Assembly: GCF_002435945.1 (NCBI RefSeq)
Contig: NZ_DIXC01000057.1
Location: 1,141 to 65,140, forward strand
Length of the DNA stretch: 64,000 bases
Reading direction: 5' to 3'
DNA from: Mesotoga sp. UBA6090
GTDB lineage: Bacteria; Thermotogota; Thermotogae; Petrotogales; Kosmotogaceae
Shown here: positions 43,013 to 52,213 of the stretch, piece by piece
How positions within the stretch are numbered: the stretch's first letter is position 1
Layout of the letters: each line of letters opens with the position of its first letter
The notes under the pieces: generated by a model
Database searches by the model: none
Told to the model about the DNA's origin: nothing
What the model saw: the letters and a program-made list of their open reading frames with translations, nothing else
Made by a program: the position numbers and the translations under genes

Positions 43013-44542
43013 CTAATTCGAATACGGTCTCAGTTTTGCAAGGTCTTCATAGGTTTCTATGAGCGAACTGTAGGCCTTATCGAAAACATCGAAAAGTCTT
43101 TCGTAGTACCTGTGATTTTCTGGGTCGTATTCGATGAACTGAACATCCCTCACGAAGTTAGACGCTTCCTTGAACGTCATCTCTCCAGCTCCAACAGCTC
43201 CAATAATAGCCGCTCCCATTGACGTTGCCTCTTCAAGATACTCCGGCACGGTAACCGTCTTTCCGAATATATCGGCTACAATTTGTTTCCAGTTTCTTCC
43301 CTTTGCTCCTCCGCCGATAAGGCGAATCTTGTCGAACTTTCCCTTTGTCTCAAGAATATCCAGGACTATTTTCAGGTTGAAGGCCACACCTTCGAGCACC
43401 GCCCTCAGCATGTCGGCCTTTCTATGTGTCGAGGAAAGTCCTATAAAGGCTCCTCTAGCATTTATGTTCCACCTCGGGCTTCTCTCCCCAAGCAGATAGG
43501 GCAGGAAGATTAGGTTTCCCGCTCCGGGTCTTGTCTGGTCAATTAGATCGTCCATAATTGTAAAGGCGCTGAGCCCGAGTGCCTTGGCCTTCTCTTCTTC
43601 GTGCTGACAGAGAGCATCCTTTGCCCAATGATAAGAGGCTCCGCCTGCTTGCATTGTGCCAGTGGGGCAATAAAAACCCTCTATGGGATAAGCAAAGTTA
43701 AACGTCCTCGATTTCTCATCGAAGAGCGGTTCCGTGGAGCATGTGCTGACCCAGCTCGACGAACCGAGATAGAGATAAGCCTCATCGGGACTGACAACCC
43801 CTGCTCCGAGACAGGCACACGCGCCGTCTCCGCCTCCGCGGACTATGAGAGTCTTCTTAGACAGTCCAAGTTCCTCCGCTACCTTCGGTAGTATCTCCGA
43901 GACGACATTCGTTGAGGAGGTCACGGCGGGAAGTTTATCCATATCCAGCCCGAGAACCTCTACGAGTCTTTCCGACCATTTCAGGTTTTTGATATCGAAG
44001 AGAAGCGTCATAGATGCATCTGAATGGTCCGTCCCAAACTCTCCGGTGAATCTGGATACTATGTAATCCTTCGCATTCAGGAATTTATGTGCCTTATTGT
44101 ATATTTCGGGTTCGTTGTCCTTTATCCAGGCAATCTTCGGGCCGGAGTATGTCGGCGTTATCCTCGATCCCGTGAGCCTGTAAACGAAATCATTGCCCAC
44201 TTCTTCGAGCCTTGCCGACTGTTCGACGCTTCTCTGATCGGCCCATATGATGGCTCTTCTAAGGAGCTTTCCGTCCCTGTCCACGGGAATGGCTCCCATC
44301 ATCTGGCCGCTGAAGCTTATAGCGACTATCTCTTCGGGATTGACACCGGCCCTGACGATGAGCTCCGAGGTGGTTTCTTTGACGGACTCCCACCACTCCA
44401 GAGGATCTTGCTCTACCTGATTCGGCCCGGGATGATAGGTCTTGTAACCTGAGAAAGAACTGGCCAGGAGTTTTCCGTCCACTCCGTAAAGTGTCGCCTT
44501 GTTCCCGGTAGTTCCCAGATCGTATGCGATGACGTATTTCAC
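43013..44542 (-). CDS. FGGY-family carbohydrate kinase (xylulokinase-like)
   Basis: 509 aa with YVIAYDLGTTGNKATL, and GGGDGACA / GGGAKG motifs. Confidence 0.85.
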   Translation of the reverse strand: MKYVIAYDLGTTGNKATLYGVDGKLLASSFSGYKTYHPGPNQVEQDPLEWWESVKETTSELIVRAGVNPEEIVAISFSGQMMGAIPVDRDGKLLRRAIIWADQRSVEQSARLEEVGNDFVYRLTGSRITPTYSGPKIAWIKDNEPEIYNKAHKFLNAKDYIVSRFTGEFGTDHSDASMTLLFDIKNLKWSERLVEVLGLDMDKLPAVTSSTNVVSEILPKVAEELGLSKKTLIVRGGGDGACACLGAGVVSPDEAYLYLGSSSWVSTCSTEPLFDEKSRTFNFAYPIEGFYCPTGTMQAGGASYHWAKDALCQHEEEKAKALGLSAFTIMDDLIDQTRPGAGNLIFLPYLLGERSPRWNINARGAFIGLSSTHRKADMLRAVLEGVAFNLKIVLDILETKGKFDKIRLIGGGAKGRNWKQIVADIFGKTVTVPEYLEEATSMGAAIIGAVGAGEMTFKEASNFVRDVQFIEYDPENHRYYERLFDVFDKAYSSLIETYEDLAKLRPYSN

Positions 44543-45471
44543 TTCTTATCGCCCCCGATTATCTCATTAACGAGAGCTTCGATTTCTTTTCTTTCCGGCA
44601 TTGAAGGCGAAGTGCCGAATCTTGTCGTGGAAATGGCGGCTCCGGCACGGGCGTAGTCGATGGCTCTTTCCAATCTCTCTCCCCTTGAGAGATATGCCGC
44701 AAAAACGCCGGCAAATGCATCTCCAGCTCCGGTTGTATCAATAGTCTTCACCCTGCAGGCGGGGACGAGTCCTCCATTTACCGATGGACAGTAAACTCCC
44801 TTACCTCCAAGAGTTATGAGTACAATGTCCACCGACTTCTTCAATTCAGACGCTATAGCCTCTATCGACTCCATTCCATCGAGGGGAATTCCCGTCATGA
44901 GGCTGGCCTCTATCTCGTTCGGCATAATAATGTCTACATATTTTAGGATCGAATGATCAAATTCCTTTACGGGAGCGGGATTTAGCAAGACTCTCGCCCC
45001 GGAGTCCCTGGCGAGTTTTATCGCCTCATAGGTTGCGTCGAGATTCGCTTCAAACTGGGTAAGAAAGACATTGGAAGAGGTGAAGATATCTCTGTGCCTT
45101 CTAACATCCTCAACAGTCAACTCGTTGCACGCCTCTGGCGCAACTGCAATAGCGTTGTTTCCATTGTTCTCATCTACTATTATCAGAGCGACACCAGTTC
45201 CGGCAGTATCCGACTCGAGAAGATACTCCTTTGTGATTCCAAATCTATCGAATGCGTCCTTCACGAATGGAGCAAACAAGTCTTTGCCTATCTTCGTCAT
45301 GAACTTGACGTCAGATCCGGCCTTTCTGGCAGCCACAGCCTGGTTGAAACCCTTGCCTCCGGGACCCATCTTGAAGGGACCGGAAAAGACCGTCTCTCCT
45401 ACAACGGGTATATGGGGAGAAAGGGTAGTGAGATCCATGACATAGCTACCGAATACTGTCACTTTATTCAT
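44539..45471 (-). CDS. PfkB-family ribokinase/deoxyribokinase-like sugar kinase
   Basis: 310 aa with GSYVMDL, GPGGKGFNQAVAA, NEIEA and DTTGAGDAF motifs. Confidence 0.8.
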   Translation of the reverse strand: MNKVTVFGSYVMDLTTLSPHIPVVGETVFSGPFKMGPGGKGFNQAVAARKAGSDVKFMTKIGKDLFAPFVKDAFDRFGITKEYLLESDTAGTGVALIIVDENNGNNAIAVAPEACNELTVEDVRRHRDIFTSSNVFLTQFEANLDATYEAIKLARDSGARVLLNPAPVKEFDHSILKYVDIIMPNEIEASLMTGIPLDGMESIEAIASELKKSVDIVLITLGGKGVYCPSVNGGLVPACRVKTIDTTGAGDAFAGVFAAYLSRGERLERAIDYARAGAAISTTRFGTSPSMPERKEIEALVNEIIGGDKK

Positions 45472-45498
45472 CTGAAACCTCCAAACAATCCAATAATT

Positions 45499-45903
45499 TT
45501 ATCTAGGTCTCTTCTCTTCCGCGATCTCCAGCAATTCACCGCCCGGACCCTTGAACGTGTTGTAGTAAACCTTTCCGTCAAAGACCGTAATAGGATCGGT
45601 CGATTCGAGTTCAATGCCGTTGCTCTTAAGGTAATCCATTGCCTTTTCAATGTCATCTACAACAAAAGAAAGGTGCTGAAAGTGAGATTGTGATTCAGGA
45701 GCAAACTCCCTCTCTTTGCTATCTTCGTAACACATAAGTTCGATTTCACAGCCTTCGCCGGCAACGAACGCCACTTCGAGCCTCTTTTCAGGCAGCTTCT
45801 CTCTATTAACCAGTTTCAACCCGAGAAGACCTGTGTAGAACTCGAGCGCTTTATCGAGATCGGGGACTTCTACTGCCACATGAAAGAACTTGTTTATCTT
45901 CAT
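45499..45903 (-). CDS. VOC (glyoxalase / methylmalonyl-CoA epimerase-like) family protein
   Basis: 134 aa with FHVAVEVPDLDKALEFY, FQHLSFVVDDIEKA and ELLE motifs. Confidence 0.7.
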   Translation of the reverse strand: MKINKFFHVAVEVPDLDKALEFYTGLLGLKLVNREKLPEKRLEVAFVAGEGCEIELMCYEDSKEREFAPESQSHFQHLSFVVDDIEKAMDYLKSNGIELESTDPITVFDGKVYYNTFKGPGGELLEIAEEKRPR

Positions 45904-45909
45904 TTCCCA

Positions 45910-46902
45910 TCATGCCTTTTTGAAGAGTCTCTTTAGACCTTCGCCCTTTCTTCTATTCTTGACGAACTGGTCAAAGAACACCGCAAGGATTATTATTGCA
46001 CCGATAACTATCTGCATTATGAATGGATCTACTCCAAGAAGATTACCGCCATTTCTTATGGTCTGGATAATAAGAGCGCCAAGGGCTGTACCAAGGACGG
46101 TACCTACTCCTCCGCTTAGACTTGCTCCTCCGATAACAACCGAGGCTATGGCATCGAGCTCGTAGCCTTGTCCCCCGGTCGGCACTCCTGCAGCCATTCT
46201 CGTTCCTAGCATCAAACCTGCTATTGCACTGAAAATCGCAGCTACAATGTAGAATGAATACATGTTCAGACGAACGCTAATACCTGAAAGCCTTGCCGCT
46301 TCTTCGTTGCTTCCTATGGCATAAAGATTTCGGCCAAACTTGGTGTATTTCAACACAAATATCATGATTGCCGCAAGTATTATCCATGTCCAAGCAAGTG
46401 CAGGCAGACCCAAGAATTCTGCGACGGCAAACTGCCTGTACTCATTGGGAACGCCGGTAACCATCCTTCCGCTTGAAATATACATTACGACTCCTCTAAC
46501 AAGTGTCATCATACCTAGCGTTGCTATGAAAGCCGGAACTTTCCCATCATGAACTGCGATGGCATTTATCAGCCCAACTATCGCGCTTATGCCTAGAGCG
46601 ATGAGTATTCCTACAAAGGTCGGAAATTGAAACTCGCCTCTTGTAGAAGTAAATATCGCAAATACCATTCCACTGAGACCGACTATAGAACCAACTGAAA
46701 GATCTATTCCACCAGTTATGATTATGAGGGTCATACCGATGGCAACTACCCCATTTATCGATGACTGCCTAATAAGATTGGTTATGTTAGCCCATGAGGA
46801 AAAGTTCCCTCCCGTCGCAATGGCAAGAAAGACCCACATCACAACCAGAATAATCAGAAGGTTTCTTTCGGCAAATACTTTTCTATCTCTCTTTCCAGCC
46901 AT
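45910..46902 (-). CDS. ribose-type (CUT2) ABC permease, RbsC-like
   Basis: 330 aa, multi-TM, with TGGIDLSVGS and AARLSGI motifs. Confidence 0.9.
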   Translation of the reverse strand: MAGKRDRKVFAERNLLIILVVMWVFLAIATGGNFSSWANITNLIRQSSINGVVAIGMTLIIITGGIDLSVGSIVGLSGMVFAIFTSTRGEFQFPTFVGILIALGISAIVGLINAIAVHDGKVPAFIATLGMMTLVRGVVMYISSGRMVTGVPNEYRQFAVAEFLGLPALAWTWIILAAIMIFVLKYTKFGRNLYAIGSNEEAARLSGISVRLNMYSFYIVAAIFSAIAGLMLGTRMAAGVPTGGQGYELDAIASVVIGGASLSGGVGTVLGTALGALIIQTIRNGGNLLGVDPFIMQIVIGAIIILAVFFDQFVKNRRKGEGLKRLFKKA

Positions 46903-48426
46903 TTAGACCGCCTCCTTCACTTTTTCTTTTGAAACAATATTCTTCATTGCAAGTGTCAGCAAGAACTCCTCGGAAAAGTCTTTCTTGTCGACCTCTCCAG
47001 CCATTCTACCGTTAGAGATAACGTATATACGGTCAGACATGCTCATGAGTTCAGGAAGATAGGAGGATATGAGCACAATCCCCTTGTTGCTGGCGAGAAT
47101 CTCGCCGAAGAGTTTGTATATTTCCGATTTCGTTCCAACGTCGATACCGACGGTCGGTTCATCGAAGATTAGAACATCTGTATTTTTACAGAGCCATCTA
47201 GCGATGATTACCTTCTGCTGGTTTCCTCCACTCAGCTCGGAAACCGGCTGGAAGATGCTGCCAATCTTTATAGAAAGCTTGTCGATATACTCTCTTGCCT
47301 GTGAATGAGCCTTCCCATAGTTGATGATAGGACCCGCCATCACCTCGTCGAAGTTAATTATGTTAATATTGAAATCTATATCCTGCTGCAAGAAGATTCC
47401 CTGTTTTCTCCTGTCTTCCGGAAGATAGCCAATACCCTTCATCAGCGCATCCTTCGGTGTCTTTATCGAAACGTCTTTGCCTTCAACCGATATCTTTCCT
47501 TCTTTAAGAAAATCGGCTCCGAAAAGCGCCCGTGCAATCTCAGTTCTTCCAGCACCCATCAAGCCAAAGAAGCCTACTACTTCGCCTTCCCTTACATGGA
47601 AACTGATATTCTCGAATCTCTCTCCGGAAAGGTTCTCGACCCTCAGGAGCTCTTTGCCAGCCTTTGTGTCTTTTTTGTGGTACATCTCCTCAATCGATCT
47701 GCCAACCATCAGAGGGATCAGTTTCTCAACGTTTTCAAGCTCTTCCGTTGTGTAAGTTCCCACTGTGGCCCCGTCCTTCAAGACTGTAACCGTATCACAT
47801 ATGTCAAAGACCTCTTCAAGGTTATGCGAGATATAGATTACGGCCGTTCCCTGATTCTTGAGTTCATCTATTATCTGAAAGAGAATTTTCGTCTCATTCC
47901 TTGTGAGCACGGCGGTCGGTTCATCAAAGATAACTAGTCTGGGCTTCTGCCAGAGCGCCTTGGATATGGTTATCATTTCACTTTCAGCTATACTCAACTC
48001 TTTTATGCTTTTGCGGACGTTTATGTCCAGACCGATATTCTCCAGGAACTCCGTTGATTCTTTGTACATCTTCTTCCAGTTTATGAATGGACCAATCTTA
48101 GGTTGCTGCCCAAGAAAGAAGTTTTCTGCCACGGAAAGATCGGGTGTGACCATGACATCCTGATAAACGGCGTAGATTCCCAACGCTTTTGATATCAACG
48201 GTGAATTCCTGGAAATTTCATTTCCTTCAAAGATCATTGTCCCTGAGTCTTTCGAATAAGCTCCTGTAATTATCTTTATGAGTGTCGATTTCCCTGCTCC
48301 GTTTTCTCCCACAAGCCCTCTCACCTCACCGTTTTTGACGGAGAGGAAGACATTGTCAAGAGCCTTAACAGCAGGGAAACTCTTGTTTATACCTTCTAGC
48401 TCAATTACGGTCTTTTCCTCGGGCAT
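46903..48426 (-). CDS. ribose-type (CUT2) ABC ATPase with duplicated NBDs, RbsA-like
   Basis: 507 aa. It has GENGAGKST plus a second NBD (GLMGAGRTE), and signatures LSIAESE / LSGGNQQK. Confidence 0.9.
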   Translation of the reverse strand: MPEEKTVIELEGINKSFPAVKALDNVFLSVKNGEVRGLVGENGAGKSTLIKIITGAYSKDSGTMIFEGNEISRNSPLISKALGIYAVYQDVMVTPDLSVAENFFLGQQPKIGPFINWKKMYKESTEFLENIGLDINVRKSIKELSIAESEMITISKALWQKPRLVIFDEPTAVLTRNETKILFQIIDELKNQGTAVIYISHNLEEVFDICDTVTVLKDGATVGTYTTEELENVEKLIPLMVGRSIEEMYHKKDTKAGKELLRVENLSGERFENISFHVREGEVVGFFGLMGAGRTEIARALFGADFLKEGKISVEGKDVSIKTPKDALMKGIGYLPEDRRKQGIFLQQDIDFNINIINFDEVMAGPIINYGKAHSQAREYIDKLSIKIGSIFQPVSELSGGNQQKVIIARWLCKNTDVLIFDEPTVGIDVGTKSEIYKLFGEILASNKGIVLISSYLPELMSMSDRIYVISNGRMAGEVDKKDFSEEFLLTLAMKNIVSKEKVKEAV

Positions 48427-48440
48427 GTTATCGCTCTCCT

Positions 48441-49136
48441 TTAACCACCATATTTCTTTTCATACTCTTTGTATATAGAGACACTGGAACTTGAACCGAA
48501 GACAGTAGCTCCCATTTCCATGAATTTCTCGACCTGCTCGAGAGTCCTGACGCCCCCGGAAACTTTGATCTGCTTCTTCCCGGAAACGACAGAGTTAATC
48601 AGCTCAACATCACGATAAGAAGTAGCTCTAGGACCGAAACCCGTCCCGGTCTTCACGAAGTCGATTGTTGGAACGTCTACTATCAATTCACACACTTTGA
48701 CTATTTCCTCTTCAGTCAATCTGCTGGTCTCTATTATGAATTTGCAGATTCTGTTTCCTTTCTTTACAAGCTCGGAAAGAGTTACGAACTCCCGTTTCAC
48801 CAGATCCCAGTTTCTCGATTTGACTGCAGATACGTTTATCACAATGTCGAAATCAGTAACCGCCTCTCCGAGAGAAATATAGTATTCGATTTCCCTCATT
48901 TTCAACTCAGTGGGAATCATTCCGAGCGGAAAGCCTCCTGGACCCACATTAATTCCAACTTCAGTTCCCTGGACTTTTTCAATGACATAAGTCGGGATCG
49001 CATACCAAGGCACAACTACATTTCTGAAGTTGTACTCGAGTGTTTCATCAACGAAACTTTCGATATCTTCCCATTTCGATTCTGGAGTGAGCAAAGTATT
49101 ATCGAAACGCCTGTTAAAAGGAATGTCTCTATTCAT
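48441..49136 (-). CDS. deoC: deoxyribose-phosphate aldolase family (DeoC-like class I aldolase)
   Basis: 231 aa. DFVKTGTGFG matches the Schiff-base Lys motif FVKTSTGF, and VKVSGGVRT is also present. Confidence 0.65.
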   Translation of the reverse strand: MNRDIPFNRRFDNTLLTPESKWEDIESFVDETLEYNFRNVVVPWYAIPTYVIEKVQGTEVGINVGPGGFPLGMIPTELKMREIEYYISLGEAVTDFDIVINVSAVKSRNWDLVKREFVTLSELVKKGNRICKFIIETSRLTEEEIVKVCELIVDVPTIDFVKTGTGFGPRATSYRDVELINSVVSGKKQIKVSGGVRTLEQVEKFMEMGATVFGSSSSVSIYKEYEKKYGG

Positions 49137-49164
49137 AAATACCTCCGGGGTAGGCAGAAATTTC

Positions 49165-49189
49165 TGAAAAAGGGCAGCTTTCGCTGCCC
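49165..49189 (-). terminator. stem-loop/attenuating terminator after the binding-protein gene
   Basis: Minus strand reads GGGCAGC-GAAA-GCTGCCC followed by TTTTTC, 27 nt after the stop at 49216. The operon continues downstream. Confidence 0.65.
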
Positions 49190-49215
49190 ATTGGGTACAT
49201 TAGCTCTTGCTGAAA

Positions 49216-50184
49216 TTAATATCTCTTTCTCGAAAATGGATCGAGAATTTCCATAGACTCTTCAAGAATGTCCTTTGTAATTACGTAGACTCCAGTGTCG
49301 TAGTATTCGGGAAGAGGCTCGCCATGAATGGCCATGAAGGCGTACATAACACCCTTGTAGCCCATACCGTGGGGGTCCTGAACAATGAGAGCCTTCAGTG
49401 CTCCACTATCAAGCGCCTCAATTTCCAAAGGATCTGAGTCGTAAGCAACTGCCATTATCTCATCCTCTAGACCTCTCTGCTCAATGATTCTGGAAACACC
49501 GATTCCTGTGTGATTATTGTCAGCAAAGAAACCAACCAAATCTGAATGAGCTATCAAAAGGTCCTCAGCTGCGTTGGCCGCTTTTGAAATGTCATTGTCT
49601 ACATAGATCGTTGGCAGGACTTCGAGATTCGGAGCTATTTCCTTCAATCTGTTCATAAACCCAGCATCTCTGTCGGTGAGAACTTGGACACCGGCCATTG
49701 CACTTATCAGACCGACCTTGCCATCCAAAGGCTTGTTGTTTGCTTTCAGAGCCTCAACCAGCTTGTCGGCTGCAGCGGCGCCACCAACGGCGTTGTTAGT
49801 CGCTAAGAATGAATTGTATCCAGTATCATAGACGAAGTTGTCAATAAGGATTATCTTGATTCCCTGCTTGTAAGCTTCGTCAAGAATCAGAGAAGGAGCT
49901 TCCGAGCTTGTCGAAGAAATAACAATCGCATCGGGCTTCTTGTTGACAACGTCCTCAAGAATGGCAACCTGCTTGTCGATGTCTGATTCGGACGGAGGTC
50001 CGTAAACCGTGACATTCACAAGACCCTGGAGATCGTGTTCGGCATTCTTAGCGCCGACTATCGTGTACTGCCAGAAGTCAGAATCCGTCGCCTTTACAAT
50101 AAAAGCAATTTCGTAAGCGGCAAAACCTAATGTGGCTCCGAAAAGAATGGAAGCCATGACAAGTAGCATAAGTACTTTGCGCAT
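49216..50184 (-). CDS. ribose-type periplasmic sugar-binding protein, RbsB-like
   Basis: I prefer ATG 50184 (AAGGAGGG RBS). The product has the signal MRKVLMLLVMASILFGATLGFA and a type I periplasmic-binding-fold body. Confidence 0.85.
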   Translation of the reverse strand: MRKVLMLLVMASILFGATLGFAAYEIAFIVKATDSDFWQYTIVGAKNAEHDLQGLVNVTVYGPPSESDIDKQVAILEDVVNKKPDAIVISSTSSEAPSLILDEAYKQGIKIILIDNFVYDTGYNSFLATNNAVGGAAAADKLVEALKANNKPLDGKVGLISAMAGVQVLTDRDAGFMNRLKEIAPNLEVLPTIYVDNDISKAANAAEDLLIAHSDLVGFFADNNHTGIGVSRIIEQRGLEDEIMAVAYDSDPLEIEALDSGALKALIVQDPHGMGYKGVMYAFMAIHGEPLPEYYDTGVYVITKDILEESMEILDPFSRKRY

Positions 50185-50212
50185 TAGCAAAACCCTCCTT
50201 ATAAGATTGTTC

Positions 50213-50280
50213 TGTACATACGTATGTACACATGTACGTACAAACACTATAATTATAGCAAGTGACCAAACTCGAATCAA
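50213..50280 (-). promoter_or_regulatory. near-consensus promoter with two perfect palindromic operators over the transcription start
   Basis: Minus strand reads TTGATT (50280-50275), a 17-nt spacer, then TATAAT (50257-50252). These are followed by the 10-bp palindrome TGTACGTACA (50233-50242) and the 18-bp perfect palindrome TGTACATACGTATGTACA (50213-50230). Confidence 0.55.
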
Positions 50281-50321
50281 ATTTGAATGACAGAGGAAAT
50301 CTTAGTTATAAGAAGCCTAGA

Positions 50322-50346
50322 GAAAAAAAGAAGACATAATCGTCTT
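50322..50346 (-). terminator. candidate terminator of the diguanylate cyclase gene
   Basis: Minus strand reads AAGAC-GATTAT-GTCTT followed by CTTTTTTTCTC. The stem is short and the T-tract is strong. Confidence 0.4.
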
Positions 50347-50404
50347 TAATCACTCTTAATCATCGCCAGTTGTTTCTGGAAAGGTTGGTCTTCTGGACTC
50401 TTTC

Positions 50405-52213
50405 TTACCTTCTGAGTTCTCTTTTCTTCGAATACATTGCAAGCTCCGCATTTCTCAGCACATCATGAAAATCAGTTACCATGTCTCTCTTAGTGGCTAC
50501 TCCAAATGAGACACTAGCTTCCACGGCGAAACAGTCTATCTTGCTCAGATTTTTCTCGATTCTTGAAACGATTTCCTCTGCCATTTCGGTGTCTGTTCTC
50601 AGAAGAAGGACAACAAACTCATCTCCACCCCATCGAACAACTAGATCCTCGTGCCTGCAGGATTCCTTGATTGTGCGAGATATTGTCTTCAGATAATCGT
50701 CGCCGTAGAAATGGCCGAAACGGTCGTTCAAACCCTTCAGCCCGTTTACATCCGCGAAAATTACGGAAATCGGAAGATTTCTCGAAGTGTCTACTCTGGA
50801 TACTTCCTCATCTAAGAAGGTCCTGTTGTAAAGACCAGTCAGCGAATCGTGGAAAGCAAGGAACTGTATTTCTCTAGTCTTCTTGATCTTTTCAAAGGCT
50901 CCAAGAGCATGAAGCATCAACAACTCGGCAAGCTCTGCATCTTCATGTTTAAAGCTCACGGACTCAACTGTGACTGTTTGAAAAACGCCGAAATCGCCGA
51001 TGGGAACACTAAGTACAGCCTTGATCCTATTGCTTGAAGGTATTGCATCGATTTCCTTCGAAACGTCATCGACTATTATCGTTTTCCCGGTCTTCAAAGT
51101 CTTTCCAGCAATTCCCTCGTACTTTGGAACCCTTGAATTGACTTCGATGTTGTTCGAGTTTCTCTTTGCGACAAGATAGTCTCCTTCGACAATGTCAAGA
51201 CTGTAATAGTCGAAGCTGAGAATTTCGGTGGCCGCTCTAACTATGAGATCATAGACTTCCTCTTCTTCTGTGCAGCTCTCCATCTTGAAGGCAATATCGT
51301 GGAGACTTCTTATCTTGTCCCTGAGGCGCTCGTTTTCAGTTGCCTTCTTCTCAAGCTCCTCGGTTCTTGCCTTGACACGTACTTTAAGAGTGTGATTCCA
51401 GAACCAGAGGACAAACAGACCAATGGCAAAGAAAACGACAATTCCTGCGGTCACCAGCAGATTCCTCTTATTCTGTTCGAACCAGTTTGCCGAGCCAAAC
51501 CACTTCTCGAAAATCATGCCGTATTCCCCGCTCTCTCTTACAAGTAGGAGGCCCTTATTCAGCTTATTGAGAAGAGCGAAGTCGTCTTTTGCCGTTGCGA
51601 AAGCGTAATCTCTATCGAAGACCATGATGCTTGAAGCTTCAAGATTATCGATCTTGTTCTCCTTGGCAAAGTAGAGACATTGGTACTTCTCGAAGAGACC
51701 ATAATCTCCCTTACCGGATGAGAGAAACTTGAGTCCTTCAAGTGGAGAATCAACCGCGACAATCTCATCGGTTATAGAGTTCTCCAGGAGATAGTCGTGC
51801 ATGACACCGTTCCTTTGTACGACAATTTCCCCTCCTCTCAGATCATCTACGGTAGGCTCTTTGGAACCTTTTCTGTAAAAGATCGCCATGTGCAGAGTAT
51901 TGTGGGGAATCGAAAAACCGTATATCTTTTGCCGTTCGGGAGTGACAGCCATGCCTATTAGGCCGTCAAGTTCTCCTGACTTGAACTTTTCGACCACGAG
52001 ATTCCATTCACCGAGCTCTATTTCAATATCCAGCTCGGCAACTCTAGAGACGGCCTTCATCAGGTCCACATTGAATCCCGTGTGCTCACCGTTTTCATCA
52101 ACAAACTCATACGGAGGATATGCGTTATCCCCGCCGAAAGTGAGCTTATCTGCGAAAACAAAAACACACAAGAGAATCAAGACAAGTGACAAGAAAGTCT
52201 TCCTGTTTTTCAT
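50405..52213 (-). CDS. sensory diguanylate cyclase: periplasmic SBP_bac_3-like domain, TM, GAF-like domain, GGDEF
   Basis: I prefer ATG 52213 (GGGGTGA RBS). It has an N-terminal signal and an amino-acid-binding-protein-like domain (YPPYEF, GFNVDL), a TM segment LLVTAGIVVFFAIGLFVLWFW, and the C-terminal motifs DSLTGLYNR and RWGGDEF. Confidence 0.85.
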   Translation of the reverse strand: MKNRKTFLSLVLILLCVFVFADKLTFGGDNAYPPYEFVDENGEHTGFNVDLMKAVSRVAELDIEIELGEWNLVVEKFKSGELDGLIGMAVTPERQKIYGFSIPHNTLHMAIFYRKGSKEPTVDDLRGGEIVVQRNGVMHDYLLENSITDEIVAVDSPLEGLKFLSSGKGDYGLFEKYQCLYFAKENKIDNLEASSIMVFDRDYAFATAKDDFALLNKLNKGLLLVRESGEYGMIFEKWFGSANWFEQNKRNLLVTAGIVVFFAIGLFVLWFWNHTLKVRVKARTEELEKKATENERLRDKIRSLHDIAFKMESCTEEEEVYDLIVRAATEILSFDYYSLDIVEGDYLVAKRNSNNIEVNSRVPKYEGIAGKTLKTGKTIIVDDVSKEIDAIPSSNRIKAVLSVPIGDFGVFQTVTVESVSFKHEDAELAELLMLHALGAFEKIKKTREIQFLAFHDSLTGLYNRTFLDEEVSRVDTSRNLPISVIFADVNGLKGLNDRFGHFYGDDYLKTISRTIKESCRHEDLVVRWGGDEFVVLLLRTDTEMAEEIVSRIEKNLSKIDCFAVEASVSFGVATKRDMVTDFHDVLRNAELAMYSKKRELRR

